From positions 15,170-79,169 of the IMG/VR virus record IMGVR_UViG_3300021963_003887: a DNA stretch of 64,000 nucleotides. The stretch is one strand, 5' to 3'. Numbering within the stretch: position 1 is the first letter of the stretch; every line of letters starts with the position of its first letter. The notes under the pieces were generated by a model. It was given only the letters and a program-made list of their open reading frames with translations. It ran no database searches and had not been told where the DNA came from. Made by a program: the position numbers and the translations under genes. Source of the stretch: a virus. Taxonomy: Duplodnaviria > Caudoviricetes. Shown here one piece after another: positions 17,980 to 29,600 of this stretch.

Positions 17980-19617
17980 ATGGCACAGACGCATAGATTA
18001 AATGAAGAACGATATCAAGAACAGAGATCGCTAGGAATCCGTTTAGCCAAAGTAGTCGCTCATAAAGATCCAAATTTTATGGGGAGACTAACGGTTACTC
18101 TAGTTACTACGGATTCTGATCCAATAGGTCTAGAAGGTCAAACAGTAGATGTATATTATTGTCCTCCATTTTTTGGCTCTACAAATTATGTTTTTAACGG
18201 CTCTAACACCGGCAACGAAAACGCATTCAATGACACACAAAAATCTTACGGGATGAGTTTTATTCCGCCAGATATTGGAGTAACTGTGTTGTGTGTATTT
18301 GAATCAGAAACTGGCAAAGGATTTTGGGTAGGCTGTGTTCCTGATACTTATATGAACAATATGGTCCCCGCTATAGCCGCTTCGTCGGCAGTCGATCTCT
18401 CACCGAGCCAAAAAGAAGATTTTGGAAATATTCCGCTTCCTGTAGCAGAATACAATAGGGCAATACAAAGAAAAGAAAGCCCCGACGAAACTAAAAAGCC
18501 TGTTCACCCTATAGCAGGATTTATGTTAGAACAGGGACTAATCGAAGACGATATACGCGGTAGAACTTCATCTACTATGCGAAGAAATCAAACACCGTCT
18601 GTGTTTGGTATATCAACTCCGGGGCCTTTAGACAAGCGTCCGGGTGCTAAAAGAATGCCTACCGGAACTTCCGATGATAAGACTAAACCTATACCAGTAA
18701 GCAGAGTGGGCGGCACACAATTTGTTATGGATGACGGGGACGACAGATTTGTAAGAAAGACGCCAGCAGCAGAAGGTCCTCCAGAATATGCTAATGTTCT
18801 TAAAGGGGAAAAGGGCGATGTTAGGATTCCTATCAGCGAATATTTTAGAGTAAGAACACGAACCGGTCATCAGATACTATTACATAACTCTGAAGATTTA
18901 ATTTATATAGGAAATTCAAGAGGAACATCTTGGATTGAATTAACTAGTAATGGAAAAATTGATATCTTTGCGGCAGATAGTGTGAGTATTCATACTCAAG
19001 GAGATTTTAATTTTAGAGCAGATAGAGACATTAATTTAGAAGCTGGGCGTAATATTAATGTCCGTGCCGAAAAGAATTACACTCAAGATATTGAAAAAGC
19101 GTTTTCATCATATATTGGCGGTACTGTTAACAATTATGTTGGCGGAGAAATACAAAATGTTTTCAACGGATCATTATTACAAACAGTAGAGGGAAGCCTA
19201 GAATTATCTGTCGGTGCTGATCAAAAAATCTTAGTTGCTGGTAATAGTCATCTAACAGCCGGTACAAGTATATTTTCGACAGCAGGAACTGACAGTCATT
19301 TTTTAAGCGGTAGTAAACATGTACAATATGCTGAACGCATAGAAATTAAATGTGATCCTGCTACTCCCGCAGAATCTCCAACATTGGCAGAGAGTATTGT
19401 AAAAGAAGAAAGAATAAAACTTCATCCTAACGAAGTAGTTGATGCTTCGCAAAAATATGCTCAAACAAGATATCAATCATTTAATCTGATACAAAGCATA
19501 ATGAAACGTATGCCTATGCACGAGCCATGGTACAAACATGAAAATGTAAATCCTCAAGAGAGTGCGTTAGAAAAGACCGATAGAGAAACTCGTCAAGCTC
19601 TTCCACCTGCCACATAA
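17980..19617 (+). CDS. gp5: central spike, gp5/VgrG-like (OB fold plus beta-helix repeats)
   Basis: DP..MGRL.V, PPDIGVTVLCVF, RTRTGHQILL, SWIELTSNGKIDI, V/I-G-G repeat region; no lysozyme domain recognised. Confidence 0.75.
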   Translation: MAQTHRLNEERYQEQRSLGIRLAKVVAHKDPNFMGRLTVTLVTTDSDPIGLEGQTVDVYYCPPFFGSTNYVFNGSNTGNENAFNDTQKSYGMSFIPPDIGVTVLCVFESETGKGFWVGCVPDTYMNNMVPAIAASSAVDLSPSQKEDFGNIPLPVAEYNRAIQRKESPDETKKPVHPIAGFMLEQGLIEDDIRGRTSSTMRRNQTPSVFGISTPGPLDKRPGAKRMPTGTSDDKTKPIPVSRVGGTQFVMDDGDDRFVRKTPAAEGPPEYANVLKGEKGDVRIPISEYFRVRTRTGHQILLHNSEDLIYIGNSRGTSWIELTSNGKIDIFAADSVSIHTQGDFNFRADRDINLEAGRNINVRAEKNYTQDIEKAFSSYIGGTVNNYVGGEIQNVFNGSLLQTVEGSLELSVGADQKILVAGNSHLTAGTSIFSTAGTDSHFLSGSKHVQYAERIEIKCDPATPAESPTLAESIVKEERIKLHPNEVVDASQKYAQTRYQSFNLIQSIMKRMPMHEPWYKHENVNPQESALEKTDRETRQALPPAT

Positions 19618-19631
19618 AATAAGGAATAAAA

Positions 19632-20072
19632 ATGTCTAATAAAATTTATAATGTAAAAAAAGTTGAGTCTATCAAGGCATCAACTGGGGACGATAGAATC
19701 AGCGGAGGTATTGCGTACAGAGGATTTAGTAGTAAAGCTATCCGACAAAAATTTAAATTATATGATATAGATCTTGTTAAACAAGATATTATGAACGCCT
19801 TTAATATTAAAAAAGGCGAAAAGATGGAAAATCCAGAATTTGGAACTGTAATTTGGTCTATGATATACGAACCAATGAATGACAATAATATCAGGATGAT
19901 AGAGGATGATGTTATAAGAATACTTAGAGCAGATCCTAGAATTGAAGTTAAAAGTGTAGCAGTTGTTCCTAACGAGCAAGGAATAAGAATTGAAGCCGAT
20001 CTTAAGTATGTAGAATTTGATATTACAGAAGAAATGTTTATTGCTTTTAATCGAAACGATATTCCGAGATAA
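19632..20072 (+). CDS. gp25: baseplate wedge protein gp25-like
   Basis: LYDIDLVKQDI...KGEK..NPEFGT.IW..IYEP...DPRI. Confidence 0.85.
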   Translation: MSNKIYNVKKVESIKASTGDDRISGGIAYRGFSSKAIRQKFKLYDIDLVKQDIMNAFNIKKGEKMENPEFGTVIWSMIYEPMNDNNIRMIEDDVIRILRADPRIEVKSVAVVPNEQGIRIEADLKYVEFDITEEMFIAFNRNDIPR

Positions 20073-20092
20073 TATGCGTACATTTTAAAAAA

Positions 20093-20100
20093 AATAAATA
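20093..20100 (+). promoter_or_regulatory. late promoter-like AATAAATA
   Basis: upstream of an AGGA SD and the 20119 start. Confidence 0.55.
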
Positions 20101-20118
20101 TTATACAGGACACATTAG

Positions 20119-23100
20119 ATGACTACAACTACTAGACAAAATAACTTAATTTTAGCTGAAGACTGGACTAGAATTTATCAAACTTTCCGTAATGCGGATT
20201 TTCAAAGTTATGATTTTGAAAATCTTCGCAGGGTAATGATTAACTATATCAAAGAAAATTATCCAGAAGATTTCAACGATTTTATAGAAAGTTCTGAATA
20301 CGTGGCATTAATAGATCTGATAGCTTTTCTAGGGCAGAGTCTAGCATTTAGGATCGACTTAAACAGTAGAGAAAATTTCATTGAACTAGCTGATAGAAAA
20401 GAAAGTGTATTGCGTCTAGCTAGAATGCTGTCTTATAATGCTAGGAGAAACAAATCTGCTTCAGGGTTGTTGAAATTTGAATCTGTTTCAACAACAGAAG
20501 GACTAGTCGACAGCAATGGAACAAACCTATCTAATCAAATTATTGTATGGAATGATCCAGCAAACTCTAATTGGTATGAACAATTTATATCAATTTTAAA
20601 CGCTGCTATGATACCAAACGTTGAGTTTGGAAAAGAACAATCAAATAAAATTATAGACGGAATTAGGACAGAGCAGTATAGACTCAATTCTTTTAGTACC
20701 GGGTTGCCAATATTTTCTTTCAGCAAATCTGTAGCCGGCAGATCTATGGGGTTTGAATTAGTTAGTACAGGACTAGCTGAGTCTAGAGATTTTATATTTG
20801 AAGAAGCACCAGTTCCGAGCCGACAAGTGGGATTTATTTATAGACAAGACGGTAAAGGCACAGCAAGTAATAATACTGGATTCTTTATGATGTTTAAACA
20901 AGGAACATTAGAAAGTGCAGATTTTAGTATATCTCGCCCAACCCCAAATGAAATAGTTTCTATCACTACCCAAAATATTAATAATGATGATGTATGGTTA
21001 TATTCTATTGATGGTTCAAGTAATATTACAAATGTCTGGACAGAAGTTTCATCAGTTGCCGGAAACAACATTGTTTTTAATAGTTTAAGTAATAATCAAA
21101 GAAATGTATATTCAGTAATTACACAGGCCAACGATGCTGTAGATTTACAATTCTCAGATGGTGCGTATGGAAAATTGCCTCAAGGAACTTTTAGATTTTA
21201 TTATAGAGTAAGCAACGGTCAAAGTTATGTTGTAAATCCTTCAGAAATGAAGGCAATCACTATATCAGTTCCTTACATTAATAAACGAGGAACCCAACAC
21301 AGCTTATCGATAACTTTAAGTTTAGAATATACTGTCGACAATGCGTCATCGTCAGAAACTATAGATTCTATTAGATCTAAAGCCCCTGCTGTGTACTACA
21401 CTCAAAATAGGATGATTACTGGAGAAGATTATAATATTGCTCCATTATCAAGTTCGCAAGAAGTAATAAAAGTCAAAGCTATCAATAGAACTAGCAGCGG
21501 CATTAGCAGAAATTTTGACATCATTGATGCTTCTGGAAAATATTCTAAAATAAACATTTTTGCCGATGACGGATTAATTTATAGAAAAGATGAAGAAAGA
21601 TATTATTCTTTCAAATATACTAATTCTGCTACAGTTTTAAATTTTATACGAAATATAGTTCAGCCTGCTTTAAGCTCTTTTCAGACATATAATTTTTATC
21701 TTACAAATTTTGATAAAATTTTTACAGCCGACGTGAATGTTAAGTGGATTAAATCTACCACAGAGGAAAACGCATCGACTGGATATTTTGGAAACGTATT
21801 TGATTCATTTCCTATTAAAATCGGATCTTATACAAGCAGTAATTTAAAATATATAGAGCTAGGAAGCCTTATTAAATTTATTCCTCCTTCAGCAGACAAA
21901 GCATTTTATAACGGAGAAATAGTTAATTATGATCCTTCAAATGCTAACCATAAGAAATTTATATGGACTAAAGTTGTTAAATTAATAGGCGACGGAACCA
22001 ATGCCGGAAAGGGAAATCTAAGCTCAGGTAAAGGGCCTATAACCTACAGTGAAAATATTCCTACAGGATCTTTGCCTAGTCAGGTAGTATCTAAATTTGT
22101 AACGACATTGCCGACAGATATTGAAAATGAAATTTTAAATCTAACATTTAGTTCCGAAACATTTGGTTTAAGATATGATGTATTAGATGGTATGTGGAAA
22201 GTAATAAGCTCTACAAACATTGATTTAGAAAATGATTTTAATTTAGGACAAGCTGGTAATACTAGCAACGAAGCTGTTGATACATCGTGGATTGTAGCAT
22301 TTGTCTATGACGGCGACGAATATAGGGTTAGAGTAAGAGGCACGGAATATATTTTTTCTAGTATTCTGCAAAATAGATTTTATTTTGACAGGGGAGAAAA
22401 AGTATACGATAGTCGTGCTAGAACTGTAATTAAAGACCAAGTTAAAGTATTGGCTATTAATACTTCGCCTTTAAGTTCTGTATTAAGCAATACAGAAATA
22501 GCCAACGCAATAGTAAATTTAAGACAGGTAAATCCTCTATTTTCCGTATCAGAAGTATTGGCAATAGTAGATAGACAGCAAACACTAAAAGATGATATAT
22601 CTTTTGAGATAGCCGATTCTGTGAGATTTCAAGACGGGTACAAGAGCTCCGATTCTGTTAAAATATCATTTTATGATAGCGACAACGACGGAGTTATAGA
22701 CAATCCTGATTCATTTGATGAAATAGTAGGATCTAATATCAATAACAAATATGTGTTTTTCCAACAAGTTCAAGATGAAAACGGATTCGATATCTTTAAT
22801 TATATTCCAAATGTTAACAACAAGTTTATTATTATAGACAAAGAAGTTAACGCTAACGTTAATGATTACGAACATAATCAATTAATTTATTTTTATGATA
22901 GGGCTGAAAATTTAATTAAAAAAGTTGATCTTATAACTCGTTCTTTTGTTCTAGAACCTAGTTATGTAGGATATATTGGTAGGGATAACTTAAAATTTCA
23001 ATACATTCATAATGCCAGTGAAAATAGAAGAATTGATCCTAGCGTTAGCAATATTATTGACATATATCTTTTAACCAGGTCCTATGATGACAACTATCGA

Positions 23101-23631
23101 TTATGGCTCACTGGCGGATTATCAACTAAACCCGCAGAGCCTACTTCCGAAAGTTTAAGCATACAATTTGGATCTACACTTGGACCAATTAAATCTATCA
23201 GCGATGAAATAGTTTATCATCCTGTAAAATATTTTCCTTTATTTGGGGACAAGGCAAGCCCAGAATTTCAGGCAATTTTTAAAGTTGTAAAAAATCCTAA
23301 CAGAGTTATAAATGATAACGACCTCAAAGTAAGAATAATTAATAGTATCAATGAATTTTTTGATGTAGGCAATTGGGATTTTGGCGATAGATTTTTTGCT
23401 AGCGAATTAATCACTTATATTGTTTCTAACAATTCTCCTAATATTAGTAATATTGCGTTAGTGCCTAAGCAGGAAAATCAAGCGTATGGAAGTTTGTCAG
23501 AAATAAGAGCCCAGCCAGATGAAATTCTAGTAAGTGCTGCTACAGTAGATAGTATTGAAATATTGTATAATATTACAGCTACAGAATTAAATCTTTTGAA
23601 TAGTCAGGTTGTAACTAGGACAGCAAAATAA
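20119..23631 (+). CDS. gp6: baseplate wedge protein gp6-like
   Basis: DFENLR..MI.Y...NYPEDFNDF.ESSE..ALID, ESVLRLARMLSY, F.DG..GK.P, ETIDSIR.KAP..YYTQNRMITGEDY. Confidence 0.85.
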   Translation: MTTTTRQNNLILAEDWTRIYQTFRNADFQSYDFENLRRVMINYIKENYPEDFNDFIESSEYVALIDLIAFLGQSLAFRIDLNSRENFIELADRKESVLRLARMLSYNARRNKSASGLLKFESVSTTEGLVDSNGTNLSNQIIVWNDPANSNWYEQFISILNAAMIPNVEFGKEQSNKIIDGIRTEQYRLNSFSTGLPIFSFSKSVAGRSMGFELVSTGLAESRDFIFEEAPVPSRQVGFIYRQDGKGTASNNTGFFMMFKQGTLESADFSISRPTPNEIVSITTQNINNDDVWLYSIDGSSNITNVWTEVSSVAGNNIVFNSLSNNQRNVYSVITQANDAVDLQFSDGAYGKLPQGTFRFYYRVSNGQSYVVNPSEMKAITISVPYINKRGTQHSLSITLSLEYTVDNASSSETIDSIRSKAPAVYYTQNRMITGEDYNIAPLSSSQEVIKVKAINRTSSGISRNFDIIDASGKYSKINIFADDGLIYRKDEERYYSFKYTNSATVLNFIRNIVQPALSSFQTYNFYLTNFDKIFTADVNVKWIKSTTEENASTGYFGNVFDSFPIKIGSYTSSNLKYIELGSLIKFIPPSADKAFYNGEIVNYDPSNANHKKFIWTKVVKLIGDGTNAGKGNLSSGKGPITYSENIPTGSLPSQVVSKFVTTLPTDIENEILNLTFSSETFGLRYDVLDGMWKVISSTNIDLENDFNLGQAGNTSNEAVDTSWIVAFVYDGDEYRVRVRGTEYIFSSILQNRFYFDRGEKVYDSRARTVIKDQVKVLAINTSPLSSVLSNTEIANAIVNLRQVNPLFSVSEVLAIVDRQQTLKDDISFEIADSVRFQDGYKSSDSVKISFYDSDNDGVIDNPDSFDEIVGSNINNKYVFFQQVQDENGFDIFNYIPNVNNKFIIIDKEVNANVNDYEHNQLIYFYDRAENLIKKVDLITRSFVLEPSYVGYIGRDNLKFQYIHNASENRRIDPSVSNIIDIYLLTRSYDDNYRLWLTGGLSTKPAEPTSESLSIQFGSTLGPIKSISDEIVYHPVKYFPLFGDKASPEFQAIFKVVKNPNRVINDNDLKVRIINSINEFFDVGNWDFGDRFFASELITYIVSNNSPNISNIALVPKQENQAYGSLSEIRAQPDEILVSAATVDSIEILYNITATELNLLNSQVVTRTAK

Positions 23632-26600
23632 TGTCAAATAAAATTTTCAAAAAAAGTGAACTACCAGTAAGAAGAACCGTTGATCTACTTCCTGATGCTT
23701 TTAAAACAAGTACCAATGATAAGTTTCTTTCAACTACGCTAGATGCGTTAGTCCAACCCGGTACTTTAGAAAGATTGTCGGGATTTGTTGGTCGTCGTTA
23801 TGGAAAAACATTTAATTCTCAAGACATTTATGTTGATGTAGAAAAATCTTTAAGATCATCTTATCAACTAGAACCTGCGGTAGTAATAGAAAGCGGTCAG
23901 AAAGTAAAGAAAGTATATGACTATGTTGATTTAAAAAATCAATTAAAATTTTTTAATAACTTATCTGAAAGAGACGATTTAGCAACTTATCAAGAACAAT
24001 ATAGTTGGAACCCCCCTATCGATTGGGACAAGTTTATAAACTATAGAGAATATTATTGGTTGCCAGTCGGGCCAGAAACAGTCTCAGTAGCCGGTCAAGC
24101 AGAAAATGTTATATCTAGTTATCGTGTACGTTCAGACGGCCAGAACGAATGGTTGTTCTATCCAGACGGATTAAAAAGAAATCCTCAACTTACTCTTTAC
24201 AGAGGCCAAACATATATTTTTGATGTTAATAGTCCCGGTGATCCGTTTGTTATTAGATCCGGAAATCTTAAAGGTAATCAAGAAAATTATAATAAAGGTG
24301 TAACTAATAACGGAATTGAAGTTGGTACTATAACATTCGAAGTTCCGTTAGATGCTCCAGAATTATTATATTATCAAAGCGAAAATAATATTAATCGTAT
24401 TGGCAGTTTTGTAATTGCGTCTGTTTTAGAAAATTCTTTTATAGACGTTGAAAAAGAAATTCTTGGTAAGGTAAATTACACAAGTTCTAATAATATAAAA
24501 TTTACCAATGGATTAAAAGTACAATTCGTAGGTAAAGTACAGCCTGCTATCTACAATGATAGTTTATGGCTAGTAGAAGGAGTTGGCGAATCTATTAAAT
24601 TAGTAAATTTTGCCGAATTAGAAATTCCTCCTATTATATCCAATGAGATAGAAATTACTTTTGATGATGGCGGATTCGATACTTTGCCTTTCGACGATGC
24701 TTCGTCATACCCTACACAAAAAGATTATATTACTATTAATAGAAGTAGTAAAGATAAAAATCCGTGGACACGTTATAATAGATGGTTCCACAGAGATGTT
24801 ATAGAATATGCTGCTAATATAAACGGAGTACCGCCGTCGTTAACAGAAACTGGCAGAGCCAAGCGTCCTATAATAGAATTCCTTCCAAATATTCAATTGT
24901 TTAATCATGGGTCAACGCCTAAGAAAACAGTTGATTTGGTAGACGATTTTACTAAAGATGTATTTTCAACTATAGAAGGATCTGCCGGTTATAATATTGA
25001 CGGGCAATCAGTTGAGGATGGCGATAGAATTTTATTTTTAAATGACGCTGATCCATTTGTTAAGAATAAAATTTTTGAAGTAAAGATTATAACTGTTCAA
25101 ACTAGTACAAACACTATTAATAGAACCCAAATTAGTTTAGTTGAAACCAACGATACTGATCCTATTATAGGTGAAGCTATAATCATATCTAAGGGTAGTG
25201 TGCCAAACAAAGGTAGGATGTATCATTATGATGGCGAACAGTGGGTACGTAGCCAAACAAAAAATTCTATAAATCAATTCCCGTTATTTGATTTGTTTGA
25301 TGACGAGGGAGTTTCGTTTTCCGATAATCAAAAATACGAAACATCAACTTTTGCTGGAAGTGAACTTATTAGCTATAAAATAGGAAAAGGACCGGTAGAT
25401 AAAGAATTAGGGTTCTCGTTGTCCTATTTGAATATTAATAATTCTGGAGATATTTTATTTGAAGTTGATTTCGAAAAAGATTCATTTCTATATCAACAGT
25501 CTGGACAGACCATTAATAAATTATCAGCGTCCGGTTTTTTTAAAAATCATCAAACTGAAGAATTTTTCAACGGGTGGATTAAAACTAATCCTAATTTAAG
25601 ACAACCTATCCTTGAAACTTTTGTTATAGAAAGTGATACAAGTTCATTAACATCATCGGCGTGTATTTGGTCAAACAATGCTACAGAGCATATATTATTT
25701 TATATTAATGGTAAAAAAATTAACGCAAGTTTTACCAGCACAGTTGTAGCAAATACAAGAACTTTTGTTTTTAATCAAACTTTAAAAGCAGGAGAAACTG
25801 TAACCTTAAAAATTTTTACGACTGACGAGCCAAATCTAGGTTATTATGAAATTCCTAATTCTTTAGAAAAAAATCCCCTAAATGAAAACCTAGAACAATT
25901 TACTCTAGGTCAGGCCAATGATCACTTAAAAACTATGATTGAAGTAGACACCGGATTCCAAGGAGAATTTCCGGGAGCTAGTAATATCAGAGATATAGTG
26001 AATTATAGACAGAACGGTTCTAGATTTATGAAACGAGCTAGTTTAGGAGTATTGGCATTTCCATTATTATGTGATAAAGATATTAATCTAATAAAGTCTA
26101 TTAGACACGCAGCCAACGAATACGAAAAGTTTAAAAATAATTTTATTACTCTAGCTAGCGAATTAGATTTTGATCAACGTAGTATTGTGGAATTTGTAGA
26201 TAAAATTTTAGATAAGATGTCTAAATCTAATGTTATTGATTTTCCTTTTGCTACATCGGACATGATCGGTAGTGGTGCTTATAAAGTAATTAATTATACT
26301 GTTGAAGATGAAGGCATTACAACTTTTGCTTTAAATGAAAAATTTGATTTAGATACAAATTCATCTCGTGCTGTCTACGTGTATGTTAACGATATCCAAT
26401 TGTTACATGGGTTTGATTATGTATTTGATTCTACCTTTGGATTTGTAAAATTATTAGTAAATCTAAACGAAAATGACAGAATTGAGATTAGAGAATATCT
26501 AACAACGGCTTACAATTTTATTCCAGAAACACCTACTAAATTAGGGTTGTACAAAAAATTTACTCCTAGAATTTATCTTGATGACACTCTGGTAGAACCT

Positions 26601-29600
26601 ACAGAAGTAATACAAGGGCACGACGGCAGTATTACGATTGCTTTTGGTGATTTAAGAGATGATATTATATTGGAATTAGAAAAGAGAATCTATAATAATC
26701 TTAAAATAAAATATGATACAGAAATTTTTGATGTTGATAGATTTTTTAAAGGATATCACGGTCAAGCAATATATGATGTATCTACAATAGACGATGTTAT
26801 AGAGACAGATTTTTTAAAATGGTCTAATAATTTAGGAATTGACATTTATAAAAATGAAGTTTATCAGTCCGAAAATCCTTTTACATACACATATTTTAGA
26901 GCCACTGATAGAAACAAAAAACTTAAACTTCCTCAATATTGGAGAGGCATATACAAATTTTTATACGATACTGATAGACCTCATACATGCCCCTGGGAGA
27001 TGTTAGGGTTTAGCGAAAAGCCCTTATGGTGGGAAGAAGAATATGGTCCTGCTCCTTATACCAAAGGTAACCTATTATTATGGGAAGATTTAGAACAGGG
27101 AATTATAAGACAAGGTCCAACTACGGGAGCAAACCCTAGATATGCTAAGCCGGGTTTATTAGATTACATTCCTGTAGATGATCATGGAAATTTATTATCA
27201 CCGCAAGACGCTTCTGCGATTATAGATTATTCATTGAATAAAATAAATGAAGATTTTCAATTTGGAGATTACGGACCAGTTGAAAATTCTTGGAGAAGAA
27301 GTTCGCTGTACCCGTTTTCTATAATTACAGCCGCGTGTCTCCTAACTCCTTTTGAATTTATATCTACAAATTTTAATAGGAACAAAATTGTAAAAAACAA
27401 ATTAGATCAATTAATTGACAAAGATACTGGAACATTTATCGATAAGCAAACCTTAACGTCTAGTGTAGACAGTGACCCATCGGGTTTGTTTACTTACATT
27501 CAAAATTATCTAAAATTTAATGCTATAGATATTTCGCTATTGTCAAATACAATAAGCAATTTAGACGTAAGAATATCTCATAAGATAGGCGGATTTGTTG
27601 AAAAAGCAAGACAACGATACATTTTAGATAGTAAGAGTCCGACATCTAAATCTCCAGCAGTCTTTATACCGCCAGAAGATTTTCAAATTATTTTTAATAC
27701 TGGTTCTGTAGCAAAATCTATCAGCTATTCTGGGTTAGTAATAGAAAAAGTTGACGGCGGTTTTAAATTGTTTGGCTACGATAAATTAAATTCGTACTTC
27801 AGTGTATATGAACCGTACACTAGGGTTGACGATCCGATTATATCTGTGGGCGGTATAAGCGAAAAATATGTAGATTGGGATGCTGAAAAATTTTATGGCA
27901 AAGGCTCCTTGGTACGGTATCAAGGATTATACTATCGTTGTACAGCAAATCATGTTTCTGCTAATAGTTTTCAAAATGAAAATTTTACAGTATTGCCAGC
28001 ATTACCGATAGTTAATGATGTTACAGCAATAAAAAGGACCACCTTTAATAAATTTTTAGTAAAGCGTATTCCATATAATGCCTTTTTCTCTACAATACAA
28101 CAAGTAGTTGATGTAATATTAGGTTACAGCGAATGGTTAATAGATCAAGGAATTGTCTTTGATGATTTCAATAAAGAATTACTAGTTCCTAACGACTGGA
28201 TGTTGTCAGTTCAAGAATTTATGTTCTGGACTTCTCATAACTGGGCTGTGGGTGCGTTAATAACTTTAAGTCCGGCTGCAACATTATTAAAAATTGTCAA
28301 TGCCGGTAGTGTAGCAGATAATATTTTAGATAATTTTTACGAATATAATATTTTTAAAAATGACGGAACTAAAATACCTGCCTCTGATATCCAAGTTTAC
28401 AGAGGATATAATGAATTTATTTTAACTCCGTTAGATACACAGGCTACCGGAATATATTTTGCTAAAATTAATTTTGTACAAAAAGAACATGTGGCAATCT
28501 TCAACGATAGAACTATGTTTGGAGATGTTATATTTGATAAAGGTCCGGGATACAGACAAGATAGAATGAAATTAGTAGGATTTAGGACTACTGATTGGGA
28601 CGGAGACTACACCAGCCCGGGCTTTATATACGATTCTGCTGACATTACTCCGTGGCAGGCATTTACAGATTACAAATTAGGAGACATTGTTCAATATAGA
28701 GAATATTATTATGTCTCTAAAGTTTCTCAATCTGGATCTAACGATTTCAATTTTAACGATTGGGAAAGATTAGATTCGATTCCTACACCTAGTTTAGTTG
28801 CTAATATTGATTATAAGATTAATCAAATTGAAGATTATTATGAATTAGGTTATCAAGGAATTGATGATACTGAAAAAGAATTAGCTAGACATTCTATTGG
28901 ATATCAAAAACGTGGATATCTAGACGAATTAGCTCAGGACGAAGTTACGCAGTTTAGAATTTATCAAGGATTTATTAGGGAAAAGGGAACAAAAAATTCT
29001 ATTACTAAAATTTTTGATAAGCTAAGTTCTTTAGATCAAGATGCTATTGAAATGAATGAAGAGTGGGCATTCTTAATGGGAACATTCGGGGGCTCATCTC
29101 AATTTAAAGAATTGGAATTATTATTAAATCAAAAGGATATAAGATTAAATCCTCAGCCTGTTATCATCGATAGTAGAGGGTTATCAAAATCAAATTATCA
29201 AAATTATATTTTAATAGGATCTAATGATTTTACTATCGGTGGTCCAGAATATATTTTTCCAACAAAATCTTATCCTGTGACCGAATCATCGGCAGGTTAT
29301 GTATATTCTGGCGATGTAGATTTTGTAGTAAAAACTAGAACTAACTTATATGCTTTAGATATAACTGAATTAAAAGACGGTTCTAAGGTGTGGGTGACTT
29401 TTGATAGTCCGGGCTGGTCTGTATTGAGATATACAATTACAGATATTATTATAGGAGCAGTGGCAGTAGTTGATACTACGTCAGTTACTTTAGAATGTAA
29501 TAAACCACACGGATTAAAAGTGGATGATATTATAGGAATTAATAATATCAAATACTTGGAAGGTTTTTGGAGAGTTAAAGCGGTTGATCCTAATACGATA

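Noticed and set aside
19646-20113. 155-aa antisense ORF over gp25, and many similar antisense ORFs across the structural genes
   Set aside because: Shadow frames from codon bias of the sense genes; no SD or motifs
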